DNA of 62,570 nucleotides, counting the filler, from Circinaria calcarea (taxonomy: Eukaryota): NCBI GenBank assembly GCA_051942165.1. It is 14 parts of 14 records of this genome, joined end to end, with 100 filler letters (N's around TTAATTAATTAA, not from the genome) between each part and the next. Parts side by side here need not be neighbours in the genome. Positions count along the whole stretch, not along the records: positions 8,972 to 13,356 come from JAVECS010002347.1; positions 13,457 to 17,838 come from JAVECS010002348.1; positions 17,939 to 22,320 come from JAVECS010002349.1; positions 22,421 to 26,801 come from JAVECS010002350.1; 10 more parts are not named here. One strand, written 5' to 3'. Positions 12,716-25,833 of this stretch are shown here, piece by piece. Position 1 is the stretch's first letter. Every line of letters starts with the position of its first letter. Under the pieces are notes generated by a model. It saw only the letters and a program-made list of their open reading frames with translations. It made no database searches and was not told the origin of the DNA. A program made the position numbers and the translations under genes.

Positions 12716-13230
12716 GGTTAGGGTTATGATTTTGAAGGCGATATTGAAGACGATATTGAAGGCGATATTGAAGATAATTCTGGGATTACTTTCTGAGGAC
12801 ACTGTTGACTTTCTAGAAGTAGTCCCGGATCAATTTTCTAAGGGGAATCCTGGGATCGACTTCTGATGGAAACCATGGGATCAATTTTCTAAGGGGAATC
12901 CTGGGATCAATTTGCGGAGACAGTTCTAGGATCATATAAGGATCCTCTACGAATGTATAATGATCTTACGAATAAGGGTCGGTAAACTGTGTGATAATGT
13001 GCTCAATGGGTTCGCATAGCGTATGAATTATTGCTAAAGAGTTCTCGTGTAACGCTTCGCGAGGAAAACCTTTCTCGCTAAGCCAATACCTCGTGACCTC
13101 GGTATATAGTTCCCCCGTAGGGTTCGTAGGAGTTCTCGGGTAGAGCCCTTACAGATCAATTGGCGGAGATAGTCCTAGGATCAATTTACGGAGATAGTCC
13201 TAGGAGATACTTCTAAGGCCAGTCCCGGGA
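12662..13230. repeat. Degenerate ~25-bp minisatellite (CTRGGATCAATT...) plus a 12-bp GAAGRCGATATT triplet, interrupted by a solo LTR
   Basis: Units include CTGGGATCAATTTGCGGAGACAGTT, CTAGGATCAATTTACGGAGATAGTC and ATGGGATCAATTTTCTAAGGGGAATC. Confidence 0.8.
12935..13153. mobile_element. Solo LTR (219 bp) with 5-bp target-site duplication
   Basis: Termini TATAAG (mutated TGTAAG) and CTTACA, flanked by GATCA at 12930-12934 and 13154-13158. A closely similar copy lies at 50079-50299 on another contig. Confidence 0.9.
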
Positions 13231-13456
13231 CAACCATTTGAACAACTTGCAGTTCCAATCCAGAGCCGGAAGCACAACTGTCGTTTGAGGGCAGTCAGTC
13301 ATGATCATAAGGAGGCAGGGGGAAAGAAGGTTTTTTGCGGGCTATTGTTATTTATTNNNNNNNNNNNNNNNNNNNNNNNNNNNNNNNNNNNNNNNNNNNN
13401 TTAATTAATTAANNNNNNNNNNNNNNNNNNNNNNNNNNNNNNNNNNNNNNNNNNNN

Positions 13457-16378
13457 GATCCAGATTTGCATATGGTTCGATTAGTTCGATGGATTTCGGG
13501 AAAACACTTCGCCTCTGGGGCCGGCCGCCCTCCGAAGACTCCTGAATAGGAGAGTCCAGGTAATTTACCTGCGGGAGATGAGTCTCGTTCGACTCGCTAA
13601 TACGTTGATCCTGTGGCTGAGTCGTTGGAATGGCTGGCTCATCAAGAGCTGGCATCTCTAAGGATATGATGATATCTTCTCCGCCATCCTCCTCCACCTC
13701 ATGAGCCTTATCGTCTTCCCTTCTGGTAACTGCATCGCACTCGTCAAGTTTATCCTCGCTCATAACAGTCTTGATATTGATGCCTTCGTTGGCTTCATGA
13801 AGCTCTGGAGGAGTATCAGCAATCTTACTGTCGTCATGAACGCTGCTGATACTGATGATTTCGCTAGCTTCATGGTGCTGTTGAGAGCCATCGTCAAACT
13901 TGTCATTGTCCCGAGCGGTGTTGATCTTGATGCATTTACCGACTTCATCGCGCTCTTCATGATCACCATCAACCTTACTATCTTTCTGGTCCCCTAATTC
14001 CACAGAGTCTAATTTCATTTCATCTTGGCTCATATGCAACACTGTATCATGTACTTGTTCATCGGCATCACTGCTATGATCTTCCCATTCATTGTTCGAC
14101 TCGCCTTCATCTTCTTCTGGTGGCGTTTGAATTAAAGCTGTCTCATTACCGACGGTTTCGGTCGGGAACTGCAGTATTTCCAGCTGCTCAACTGGCTCAA
14201 GTGAAGACATTTCGGGTTTTGATAAATGAACACCAGCCGTACTATGCTCGTTAAGATCCCTATTCTCCAATAAAGAGATTGCTTGATCAGACCCAGAGTG
14301 CCCACTTTCAATGGGTGCTGGAGTAGAGTCCCGCCGGAGCACCTTTTCGCTTGCTTCTTCCCCTTCGCTGTCAGAGATATTGTCGGGTTCATGAGTGAGA
14401 TCGAGATTCAACTGCTTCGGCTGTGACACTTCGGATGACCCTGGTTCTTCGGACGCTTCCGTAACAGACTGCTTCCTCGACTCGTCAAGTGGAGTCTCTT
14501 TTTCAACAACGAGAGGCCTCGCTGCTGCCTTTTGAGGAGGCGATTTAATTGCGGGAAGTTCTACCGTGTCTGGCAACGCGGCTATCGTTAATTCAGCCGC
14601 TGGCAATCCTGGCAGGACGCCGAGTCCTTCGCTACGGTCAGACTCTACTTTCGGCTTAGCCGTTATGTATAAATCAGTATCATCTATTTCTTCGCCATTG
14701 TAATCTCCGAAATGTTCCCAGTCCGATGGTCCTCCAAAGCCGAGTGCGGAGGCATTGTAGAGTCCAGAACCCGATTCTACGCTTGTAGTGGTCCTGACCG
14801 GTAAGGCAGAATCCCTAGTCTCGTTAATATCTATTGCTGTTGGGCTTCTATTCAAAGTTGTATCTGTTGAAGATTGTGGTGAATGCCAGTAAAAGGAGCT
14901 GTGGACTCCTTGGCCGTCTTCTTTGGATTCCCGACTTAGATGGTCTACTTGCTCTGGTGTGCTAGAGTCGGCTCCACTGAGACCACTTGGGTTTCCGGCG
15001 GTTGCCTCGGGATTGCCTGTCGCTATCCGAGGCATTGAGGGTCGATCAGACTTCAAGGGACTTGTTGAAAGCGGTAGGCATCCATTATCACTAATGGGCA
15101 TATTAGATACGGGCTGTTGAGCCTCCGCGGTGGATGCAATCCGAGGTAAGGTTGGAGCTGGAGGAGGTCTATCTGGATATGGTGGCGCCTGTTCACGGGT
15201 TCCAACGGCTATAGGTAATGTAAATCCTTGCTGTGAGTTGGCAGCGAATGCTCGTTGATTGTCATATTTTACGTGCGATGAGGGTCGTGGAGGTGGCTGA
15301 GGCAGTGGGGAAGAGGGAAATTTGTTCTCGCTAGGTTTGGGGATAGTAGGTACAAGCCGTAATGATTCCTGTCCTCGGGGGATGCTCTGATGATGAGCGT
15401 GCTGGTTTGATTGCTGGTCATACGCAAAGTCATACTGCTGTGTCTGCGAACCCGACTCAAAGTACAAAGGAGGTAATTGTGGAGCTACTTCTGTTTTTTG
15501 GACGATGTCCGATCGATGGTCCTTGGGTATTTTAGGTGGCTTGGGTGGTGCCTGTGCAGACGTACCAGGCTGCATTGATTCAAGGTCATCTCCCTTTCTC
15601 CATGACTGTCGGGAATCCTCGTTATCTTCGGTTTTGGCGTTAGGATTGTAAGCCACCGGCTGAAGCTGGTACCCATCCTGATCGTCTTGGTTTACGTGTG
15701 ATGACGAAAGCGGTGATGCATCCAATATGCCTTGATTTGCACTACTCGGTCGTGGCTAGGATATCGACTGATGATTAGCTTTCTGTACATGTCTTGATTT
15801 CCAAAAGTCTCTAATGAAGAAGGTTGCATACCGGCAGAGGTGGCTTCGACTGTGCTTCTTGATTGTGGGTATTATCGTGGTTATATTTCACACCCCATTT
15901 CGATGTGTCTGGTTGCATACGTACCGGACCTCTCGATATGGTCTGAGTGCCGGGCATCGGACCATATTTCTGGGGATTATACAATGTAGTGCTGCTGGCT
16001 TCCATATTATCTTTTCTTGGCTTCGCCTGGGTACTTTTGGTGAATGCATCCCGCATCCTCTGCGTTTTCGCTGCGAAATCTATACCAGTTGACTGGCCGG
16101 TAGATGCTAGTAACGGAGGAGGTCCTTGTGGAATCAGCGGAGGCTCACTACCGTTAGATGTTGTCGCATTTGAGGCCGGAATTTCAGGAGGAGGCCGTGG
16201 CGGCAAGGAAGGTGATGTGGCTGAACTGTTTATAATTCTAGCATGACCTGATAATTGCCAACGATCAGCCAGTAGTCTAATTAAGGCGCACTGTGGACGA
16301 CTTGCCTTGTGTATCTGGAGGCATCCTTGACGGACTCCACGCAGGCGCAGGCGCCGGCGCCTGGAAATACCTGCTCAT
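13457..16378 (-). CDS. Large low-complexity (Pro/Ser/acidic) fungal hypothetical protein (3' truncated)
   Basis: ATG 16378, a GC-AG intron at 16305-16248, and a GT-AG intron after KPPLP join ORFs 15811-16206 and 13401-15725. It contains a conserved-looking island ASALGFGGPSDWEHFGDY. Confidence 0.75.
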
Positions 16379-17062
16379 CGGTGATAATTTGGCACCTGAG
16401 CGCGGCGATGTGAGAAACGTGGGTTGCGGATAGCTAGCTTGCATTCTCATACACTTAGGCCTTAAAACGAGCGTTGTATGGAGCGCATCTGGTTTTTCAA
16501 ACGCATCGATAAACCGGTTGTTTCTGTAGGAGAGACATAGGAAAGTCTCCGCAGTCCGTCACACATGAATGGCATGGCGGAAAGGAACGACAAACGGCAG
16601 AAATGGGGAATTTAGGTGACTTGGCGCTATGGGGGGGTTTGAATGGCTGTTGATAAGATCGAACTCCGTACAGCTTATTCACAGTCTAAGCCTTATGGCA
16701 GCGCGGCCACTACAAGTCACCTGACCAGGATCTGCAAAAATAAACGGTCTTGGCAATTTGTAAAGATCTAAAAAGGAGCTAGCGTAAATGTCCGGTCCCT
16801 TTACGGCTTCGGATTGGCTAATCGAACGGAGCTTATTTAAGCGCGCGTAACTCTGAGATATACGCGCAGATATTTCAGTATCACTCTTTACTGCCTCTGC
16901 AAATGGACTCGCTGCCACTGGGTTCGCTGCCACCACTATGCTGCTACTATCATGCTAAAGAAGGGTTTCGGGGGTCTCCCCATTAGAGTAATTCCAGCGC
17001 CGGGTATTCGCAGTATTAATACAACTCTCATATCTGCATGTCAACTAGCTGACTATCGAACA

Positions 17063-17838
17063 TTACACCTCCTTTCCTCCTTTCCTCCGGTCGGCAACCC
17101 ACTGCATTACCAAACCCACGTCTTTTGCTATAGCCCCTGGTAAGCCCATCTTTTGGGCCCACATGGGTAACGATCCTTTAGCATCACTAGTCACAGCCAT
17201 TGTCCACTCAATGTTCTCGTCGGGGAGAATGCGGGTGCGTTCGATACTCGTGTAGGCACTTGGATACATTAGCAAAGGGGTTAATTTTCCGAATGCCGCG
17301 ATAGTTCAAAGTAAGGGCGGCAGCAAGATTGATAGGAAAGTCCACAAACCATAAGACAGGCGTTTTCCGCTTCAGGTCGCTATCGCCTTCACGGAAGTTA
17401 CGCCCATTGCTGTAGAAAGCCTCGGGCAGCTTCCGAATCTCAATCGGTATGTGAACGATGATTGACTCGAAACGGCCAGCCTTTGCTGAGATGACGAGCT
17501 CCGGGAAGACACGGATGTTGAGCGGAGGCAGTAATTGGTGACCCATCTCGTAAACTATAAGTCGTCACATCTCAGCCAAAAATCAGGATCGTGTCTTTGT
17601 TGCCGGAACCGCCATGTCTCCTCAATTTACAACAGCATAGAAGTTATTTACCTCTCATTTGAATATCCTCGAACGTCTCTAGTTGCCCAAGTTCCGCCGT
17701 CTCCCGATCCCAATCCAACACTCGATACGAATCGAAGATATTGGGCGTGTATTCCCTCTCATGTTCATTGTGTTCCACCCTCACCGCCTCATCCAGTTCC
17801 TCAAAATCGGCCGTTCCCTCCTCCTTCCGGTTAGGGTG
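17063..17838 (-). CDS. DUF3074-family protein (5' truncated, three exons visible)
   Basis: Spliced product reads GTADFEELDEAVRVEHNEHEREYTP...PLNIRVFPELVI...YTSIER...IEWTMAVTSDAKGSLPMWAQKMGLPGAIAKDVG. Confidence 0.85.
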
Positions 17839-17938
17839 NNNNNNNNNNNNNNNNNNNNNNNNNNNNNNNNNNNNNNNNNNNNTTAATTAATTAANNNNNN
17901 NNNNNNNNNNNNNNNNNNNNNNNNNNNNNNNNNNNNNN

Positions 17939-20032
17939 ATCTTCACTCAACTCCTTACCTTGAGTCTCTTCTCCCAACCTGCTCGTCATATAAGCCGCCA
18001 CGAGCGCGGCCAACCCTCCAAACCTCAAGACCCATCCCACACTATCATCTCCCGCGACACCTCTCGGTTTCTGAGCCAACTTGAAAATAGCACTGCTAAC
18101 CAATGTCGCAATAATCTGCGGCGCCGCAATCGCTACATTGTGAAGACCAAGGATAACGCCAGCCTGATCAGTACTCTGGTCATCGGCCAACATGTCGGCC
18201 TCGCCGCTCCCACGGCCCACATATCTCGCTCGCCTTATTGCATCGCGTTTGCTGATTTCGGCACTTATCAACGCGAACGGCGCCCAAACTGAAAGCGCCC
18301 ATGCGACACCGATGACGCCGACAAGGACGGTGGCAGCCGCTGGGGTCCGAATGAAGAAGGTAAGAAACATGCAGAGTGCAAAGAGTAGATGTGCCAGTAT
18401 CCAAGCGCGGCGAAGTGTGAGCCAAGAAATCTGACAAGCTGAAAGAAGACGTGTGAAACGAGAGTGTGATTCTGGAGACGGAGTCGGTGGGAAGAAGGAC
18501 GTCATGGAGGCGGAAAGTGTGCCAGGCGTGCCAGGAGTAGAAGGACGGAAATTGTGGGTGTTCGGGTAAGGTGAGGGGGGAGCCCGATAGGTGGGCACGA
18601 TGATGAAAGGGAGGAGGATGTTGGAGGCGAGGGAGGTAATGGCGAATATCAGAAGAGCGAAAGTTCCCACTCGGGTTGCAGCCTCCCAAGTAGCGTTGAT
18701 CTCGCCACGGCTCATATTTGGGTTCTTCTCAAAGACAGGGTTGACATAAAGTTGGCCAATGTAGGTCGTAATATAAAAGAGGAAAGGGAACCAGCCGATC
18801 CAGTTGAAGAACTGGACTTCACAGACCTTGCGGATCTGAGGTGGAAGGCGCTTCATGGACTTGAAAACCTGCCGAAAGAAGGCGAGAACGCCCGTCTTTT
18901 CTTGGTTTGGGGGCCCTTCAAGGCGCGGATCACGTTCGCGGATGGACAGTCCTGAGATAAGGACCGTGCTCCCTAGAGCGAGAGAGGCAATCACGCAGAG
19001 CACTTTGAATTGAGCATTGCCAAAGAATGGCATGAGTTTGGGCAGATTGACATAGCCTGATAGGTATCCCAAAACGTTGCCTAAACCACTGATACGACCA
19101 GCCCAAGCGTTGGCCTGTTCTTGTTGGTGGGTGGGCGCATTGTCAACGATGAACGCCCGAATTCCTGCTTGAACTGTAGCTACCGTCAGTCCTGGTCTAG
19201 CCGAATTACTTTTGGGTGACTTACCGGTGTTGATAGCAAAGTCCAATATGTACACGAGGAGAATGGCAAAGACAATCGCCGATACTCTGACTCCGTTTGA
19301 CTGAGGATCTGCGCCAAAGAGACCCAGGATACCTCTGACAATCTCTTTTGTCCAGGCCAGAGTCATCAATGAGAAAATCGTAGCAGCAGCGCCAGCAATC
19401 ATGAAGGGTTTCCTCTTTCCCCAGGGAATTCGGCAATTGTCACTTCGGATTCCGACATACGGTTGGACTAGGGTACCGGACAGCGGTCCAGCAATCCACA
19501 CAAATGCGAGCAGAGACTTGCTCATGCCCAGAGAAAGTAAATACGGCTAGGGCAATAGAGCCGTCAGTCATAGTCCAAACGAATAGCACACGATGTATCC
19601 CACCTACCGATCCATTTGAAAGCTCAACTGACCATGCTATTTGGAGCCTTGACAAGTTGCTACGTTAGCATTGCCTTGGTGGAAGTGTACAAATAACACA
19701 AGGAGTTGGGTAGAGTACTCTCACCCTCCTATGCTCAATGTCAGCAAGAAGAGATACCACACGCTCTTGGACTCTTCTGCTACTCCTTCATTCCAGTCAA
19801 GCCTGCCTGCTGGCGTGGTGCTCCCCTGCAGGAGCCTGTCATCATCCTCCGGATACTGTGGAGCTAATAAGGGCGAATTTTCGTTGAGTAACTCGAGTGA
19901 CCGTCCTCGTTTCGGGGTAACGTTTGTAGAGACCGGAAGATTAGGCTGATTGACCTCTGTGGTTTCGTATCGCGGCGGTAGCTCCCCGGACAATCTAAAG
20001 TCAGAGGGCGCATCCAGTTTGTCACGGGCCAT
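17939..20032 (-). CDS. Sucrose/general alpha-glucoside:H+ symporter (SUT1-like, MFS/GPH)
   Basis: Multi-exon. Motifs LTLSIGGLQIAWSVE, WIAGPLSGTLVQPYVG, WGKRKPF, WIGWFPFLFY and GVILGLHNVAIAAPQ. The 3' end is at the contig edge. Confidence 0.92.
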
Positions 20033-20961
20033 CGAACGACAATACTGCCTTTGGGAATCCCCTCGCTTCTATGGTAGTTAGGTTTTATCTGCTCTTCTAG
20101 ATGGTCTGCAACGGTTTGTATTGCGATATTTGGGTATTGATTTGGTTGTCTAAATCATCTAGCCACCATTGTACCATCCCATAGCCTTTTATCAAAGGTG
20201 CCTCTGTTGATATGGCCGATCCACGACAGGTGACGGGGGTCAGGTGTTGGCAGCGGTGTGCGATGGCAGGGCGCGGTGACCTTGACTCTACGCTGGGAAG
20301 CGAAAGGCTAACGTCGACAGGAGAATGACTAGTTCAGGAGGGTGATGGGGCGGAAGTAGAGGAAGGCAGGTGGGATGGTAATGGTCATACTCTATGGTCA
20401 AGTTGAGTAGATGAAGGAAAGCTGAAGAGACGTTGCCCGATTTTTGAGTCATTCCGGCCAGTGCAGCGAGGCATGACGAACAACCGCATCAAGCCACATC
20501 GATGTGCAATTCTTGGCAGACTGGCTGAGCCTCGCGGTCGTACAAGCACGTAGTATGAAAGGCCAGACGTCGACCCTTTTAGTAAGCAATGCGGCCTTGC
20601 AGAGTTTTACTGCCTACAGCGGGGAAGGCTACTGCTGTCCGTGGAGATGGGAGAAGGACGGCATGTACCTTGTGTAACAACGCCTGTAAAATACAGTAGA
20701 AGTATTTTTGACCTCTCACGCATCTGATGGAAGACATCCGTGGATCGCCCCGCGCATGCCTGCCAAGACCCGCTAGTATGTCGAATCATGGAGCTGCCTG
20801 CGCATTAATGATCCTCTACACCGAACATGCACGTCAAACCACTGGTAAAAGTCAAGTCTCGACGGTGTAGACCTTCTTGCGGAGCCTGCAATGGAAGAAG
20901 TCATCACCGCTTTTACTTGATCTCTGTTTGATCTCCTTCTGGGGGGTCCCGTCAACTTACG

Positions 20962-22320
20962 ATGGCTTCTCCCTGGGTGCAAGATGCGCTCTTGGGGCTG
21001 CTAAGTAAGGACCTTCCCAGAGCATGGCCTTATCTTAGCAACGTTTACTAACACACAGATGCGCAGAACGAGAAGTTGAAGATGCCGACCCCGACGACGG
21101 TAGTCCGCTTTCCCGGGGAACTGAACTATTTGCGGTCCAGCTGATGGGAATTGGCAGATCCTAAAGCAGGACAAAAAGAGATCGACTCCTCGTTGGCCCT
21201 CTTTATCCTCATCACGCTGTTGATCATCGCACTCTTCACCAGCTACATGTTGCAGTCGAAGAAGATTCAAGCTGTGCATGAGACCGTCCTCTCGATCTTT
21301 GCTGGTACAAACTTGTTATATCTTTATGGCTTTCTATATACCGTGCACTAAATTCAAATCCTATAGGAATGATCGTGGGCCTTACTCTGAGGCTTACGTC
21401 GAGTACCTTTATCCAGAGCGTTGTTAGCTTTGACTACCAATTTTTCTTCAACCTCCTCCTCCCACCGATCATCCTTGCTTCGGGGTACGAATTACATCAG
21501 GTACCACAGTTTATAGTTATGACGGATTCTGGGGCAAGAGCTAATGGTCTACTCAGGCGAACTTCTTTCGAAATATTGGAACAATCCTGACATTTGCCTT
21601 TGCCGGTACCTTCATTTCAGCAGTGGTACTGGGATTGATTCTTTTCCTGTGGACTCGGATACCCCTCGATGGCTTCAGCATTTCTTTTGTCGAAGCCCTC
21701 TCAATCGGAGCGACCCTCTCCGCTACAGATCCTGTGACTATCCTGGCCATCTTCAATGCTTACAAGGTCGACCCGAAACTGTACACCGTCATCTTTGGTG
21801 AGTCCATACTCAACGATGCCATTGCCATTGTGCTATTCGAAACCGCCCAGAAATACGTGTCAAGCCCCGTGGATGGGACTAAGGGAAGCTCCCTGAGTGT
21901 TCTCAGTGTTTTCGAAGCCATTGGGATTTTCTTGCTGGTTTTCTTTGGGAGCCTTATTATTGGTGTCGTCGTGGGCATCTTGACCACACTAGGACTCAAG
22001 TATACCCACGTACGCCGTTTTCCGAAAATTGAAAGTTGTCTCGTCATTTTGATTGCATATGCAAGTTACTTCTTCGCCAATGGAATTAAGATGTCAGGTC
22101 GGTTAAAGGCGAACCACGTAAGACCCGTTATAGTCATGCTATACTAAACCTCTACAGGCATCGTCTCTCTCCTCTTTTGTGGCATTACGCTCAAACATTA
22201 CGCATATTATAACATGTCTCGCCGGACTCAACTCACCACGAAGTATACCTTCCAGGTTCTTGCGCAGTTGTCTGAAAATTTCATCTTCATCTATCTTGGC
22301 CTCACTCTATTCACGGAAAA
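20962..22320 (+). CDS. NHX1: Endosomal Na+(K+)/H+ exchanger (3' truncated)
   Basis: Multi-exon. Motifs IQAVHETVLSIFAG, FFNLLLPPIILASGY, LSATDPV, IFGESILNDA, SGIVSLLFCGI and ENFIFIYLG. Confidence 0.95.
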
Positions 22321-22420
22321 NNNNNNNNNNNNNNNNNNNNNNNNNNNNNNNNNNNNNNNNNNNNTTAATTAATTAANNNNNNNNNNNNNNNNNNNNNNNN
22401 NNNNNNNNNNNNNNNNNNNN

Positions 22421-25132
22421 ACATACTCCTCCACAGGCGAAGCATCAATGCTCGGCTCGTTCAACCACAGGTTCTCATCAACGCCGTGATCAGTAATAAA
22501 GTCTTTAAGACGAAGCAAGCCTTGCCCAGCCAGCCAACGTTGGTTTCGCTGGTCATCATATGGCTCATCAACATTGGTTGGCGCTGGTATCTGCTGGTCG
22601 CTGCTGTTAGTAATCTCAGGAGAAGGCTCCTCGACAGAAAGGTCTCTCAGAATGAGTTCGACGATGCGATTCAAACGTGTTTCACTAATGGAGGATGGCG
22701 CCGCAAACGCCCGTAGCTCTTCCGCTGCAAATTCTCGACTCAATGCATCTGACGGATCATGCTCTAGCATGAGTTGGGCAGCGAACGCTTCTACCTCGGC
22801 GACGTCAGGTGAGTGGTCCGTCGGATCGCTTGTATCCACCCCTCGACCTAAGTCTTGTCGCAGGCGTCGAGCAGCGATCATTCTTATCTCATTAATCTCA
22901 CGGTCCCGGTTGGCCGCTGCTCGACTCGCCCGCCCCGATAGGCCTTCCTGCTCTAGCTGCTCTTCTAGCTCTCGCTGAAGCTGCGTAGTCTGCTGGGGCT
23001 CCCGCATAGTTCCCTCATCTTGTTCGATAACCTCGGGAGCTGCAACTGGGGAGTCGACTGCTCGAGTTGAATCGGCCATGTATTCAGCTATTTGGTCAGC
23101 AGTGACGTTCGCAAGACGGGTTGCCAAAACGCCTATGTTGGCCCACGGGGCAATACGAACTGCTAACGCGCGAAGACCACGGAGCATTTCATTGGCGGAT
23201 TGGGGATTCTGGGTATTGGCTGCGGTGGGCTCTTGGGTAGATGAGCTAGAACTGTCGTCGTATAGCTTAGAGGGCTCGGCAGTCGCGTATGATGGTAGAC
23301 TATCAGGCGGAGGGAGTGGATCAAATGCTGATAAACTAATTGAAATAGATCCGCGTGGTAGTAAGCCTATCAAACCCGGCGTATCAGATAATAGGATGTG
23401 GCGAGCTTCGTTTAGTGAAATCTCAACATCATTAACCTCCCCACCAGGTGCATCGTCAACAGATTCTACTACCTCGACGAGAAGAGAGATGGCTTCCGGA
23501 GTATTCCAAAGATCTTTGGCACGGGTAACATAGACTCGAGAGTCGAAGTTCTCTCGTGCAGAACGAGGCTCCTTTCCCCAGATCGATTTCGGGATATGGT
23601 CTATATTCAGCTTTTGGAATAGGCGGTTGAAAATCCATGGGTAAATTTTCACGGCCTTGGTGAGAGACGCTCGGGACTCTACCGGTCGTTTCAGTTTATA
23701 CTCTGCAAGTGCTTTCGAAATCTGGACATTTGGTAGTTGGGCCCAAGATTCGGAATACCAATCTTTGGTACTGGCTAGCTCGACATAGTGTTCCGATTGG
23801 CCTCCTCGTAGGGCCAGTTGGTCCAGCGTTAGGCCTATACAGTATGGATCTCCTTCTGGATCAAGGCTGAGCAACAGCTTGGCCCATTCGTATGCAGTCC
23901 GCCAGGTACCTCGTTGTCTAAGATTTCCAACGTAACGCCATGAAGCCAACCAAAATTCACGGTTCTCTGGACGACGAAAATCAAGCCGGGCCTCCCCTTG
24001 GGCTAGAGCTGTGTGAAAGGACGAATGGACAGACCGACCGAAAGAGAAAAGCGCACGTTCAAGCAAGTCACCAGAGACTGAATGATCTCCTTGGTGTTCT
24101 GCAATCTCGGACACTTGTAGGAGAGTAGAAATGTGGTAGGCTGTTTGATCAGTTAGCGTCTTTGAGCAAATGTAATGCCGAACTCTGCTTACGGTTGAAT
24201 TGTAGCAATTCAATCATCCTTTGAGGGTCTAAAGATTCCACACAGATGTGAAATTGCCGTTGCACGTCTTGATATGCAGAGTTGTGGACAAATCGATACT
24301 CGGTTGTAAAATCCCATGCTTTCTCAACGACTTCCATCCCAAGCCCACCACTCGTGGCTTTGGGCCATTCTTCCTTGCCTAGCATAAAGACGTTCCTACG
24401 AAGTGCTAGTCCTGCAAGACCTTGACCTTTCGACACAGGACTATTACGTCCAGCTAGCGCGCCTCCAAGATCCATTTGCTGCGGGCCTCTACCACGACGT
24501 CTACCAGGACCCCCATCTTCAAATTCGCCTTCTAAGATTGAGTTGCCAAATAGTCTCTTCATTTCGTTCAGGACATTTAGGTTCTTGGTGTCTGTGGCGA
24601 GTAATTGGTACAGTCGTTTCGAGCTCGGGCTAAGCTCGTTTGTTTCCTGGTTGTTGGAATCTCCTTGCGGACTTGCCTTCAGCTTGAGAGCTAGCAAAGC
24701 AGCATCTATCTCGTCAAGGTTGGACAAGTTGGCATCTATCGCTGGGGTTCTAGATTGGCCCTGGGATTCTCTGCTTTCGGTCTGTTTCTTTTTCTTTTGG
24801 TTCTTCTTCCTTGAACGTCCTACGGTAAGAGGACCAGCGTTACCAAGTGATGCGTTGGGGTCTTTCTGCTTGTCTGGCTCTGTCGTAGTATTGTCCTCTG
24901 CGTCAGTGGATCTTGCTGTTTGTGAGTCTTCAACAGTATCTCCTTCATCCTCTCCGGTCAAGTTGAGCACATCAAACGCATTGAATTTCTTTGTCAGTGA
25001 GCTCTCCAACTCTGCGCCCTCGTTTCTGTCATCGTCCGATCCTTCTCGTTCTTCGTCTTCTTGGGGACTTGCGAGTCGCTGTTGCTGTTCCTCTTGCTCC
25101 CGCTGAAGCTTCCTTAAGGCTCTGGAGGACAT
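22421..25132 (-). CDS. RQC1: TCF25/Rqc1 ribosome quality-control protein (3' truncated)
   Basis: N-terminus MSSRALRKLQREQE and one intron near 24140-24195. Motifs YHISTLLQVSEI, LLERALF, LDFRRPENREFWL and RGTWRTAYEWAKLLLSLDP. Confidence 0.92.
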
Positions 25133-25554
25133 GCTAGCTATTGATTTGACTGAATTGCTCAAATGACCAGACCTGAGCGTGAGGTGTTGGCTAAGCTGTA
25201 AACTGAGGGATGAACACCTGAACGCGTCCGCTGAATGTGACGCATAGTTATGACAATCTTCATCGATTTGGAATTACGCTAAGATAAGGATCTATACTAA
25301 AATGATGAACGGTATTTCACGGAGTTGAGGAGGTTCCGATCCGATACCAAGATTCTGCGCTGTTTTCACTTGGGAGGTTTCGGTATTTTTACTTGTACAT
25401 GCTATTCCATGCCCTATACTTTTTCTATGTCCTATGCTACTTCTATATCTTATGCTATGCTTTATACTGTCACTAGAGATTACCCAAACGCGTAAAGCTA
25501 AACATTCGTGAATCCGTCGAATGCGAGATAATACTCTGTACGTTCACAGTAAAG

Positions 25555-25672
25555 TATCCCTTCAAGCTGTTGCTTTGGCGGAACGAACCGTGCGTTCCTT
25601 GTATACAAGATTGGGATTGGTCAAGCAAGGCTGGCACGGTTCGTTCCGCCAGAGCAACAGCTTAAAGTGATA
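25555..25672. repeat. ~118-bp hairpin / miniature inverted-repeat element
   Basis: AAGCTGTTGCTTTGGCGGAACGAACCGTGC (25564-25593) is the reverse complement, with one mismatch, of GCACGGTTCGTTCCGCCAGAGCAACAGCTT (25634-25663). Imperfect pairing extends outward to TATC/GATA. Confidence 0.85.
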
Positions 25673-25833
25673 GCCTACACCGCAAAAGTAAATCAAATCA
25701 TTCCCTATGCTATAAAACAAAAATAAGATATCTTCCCTTTCCTACCAAACTGATAGGGCAAAAACGTGAAGGTACATTTCATAGTCGCTACGAGAATAAT
25801 AAGCGGGGAAGGAAGAAAGAAAAGGGGGGAAAG

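Noticed and set aside
12713..12726. TAGGGTTAGGGTTA as an interstitial telomere
   Set aside because: Barely two units; too short to separate from chance.
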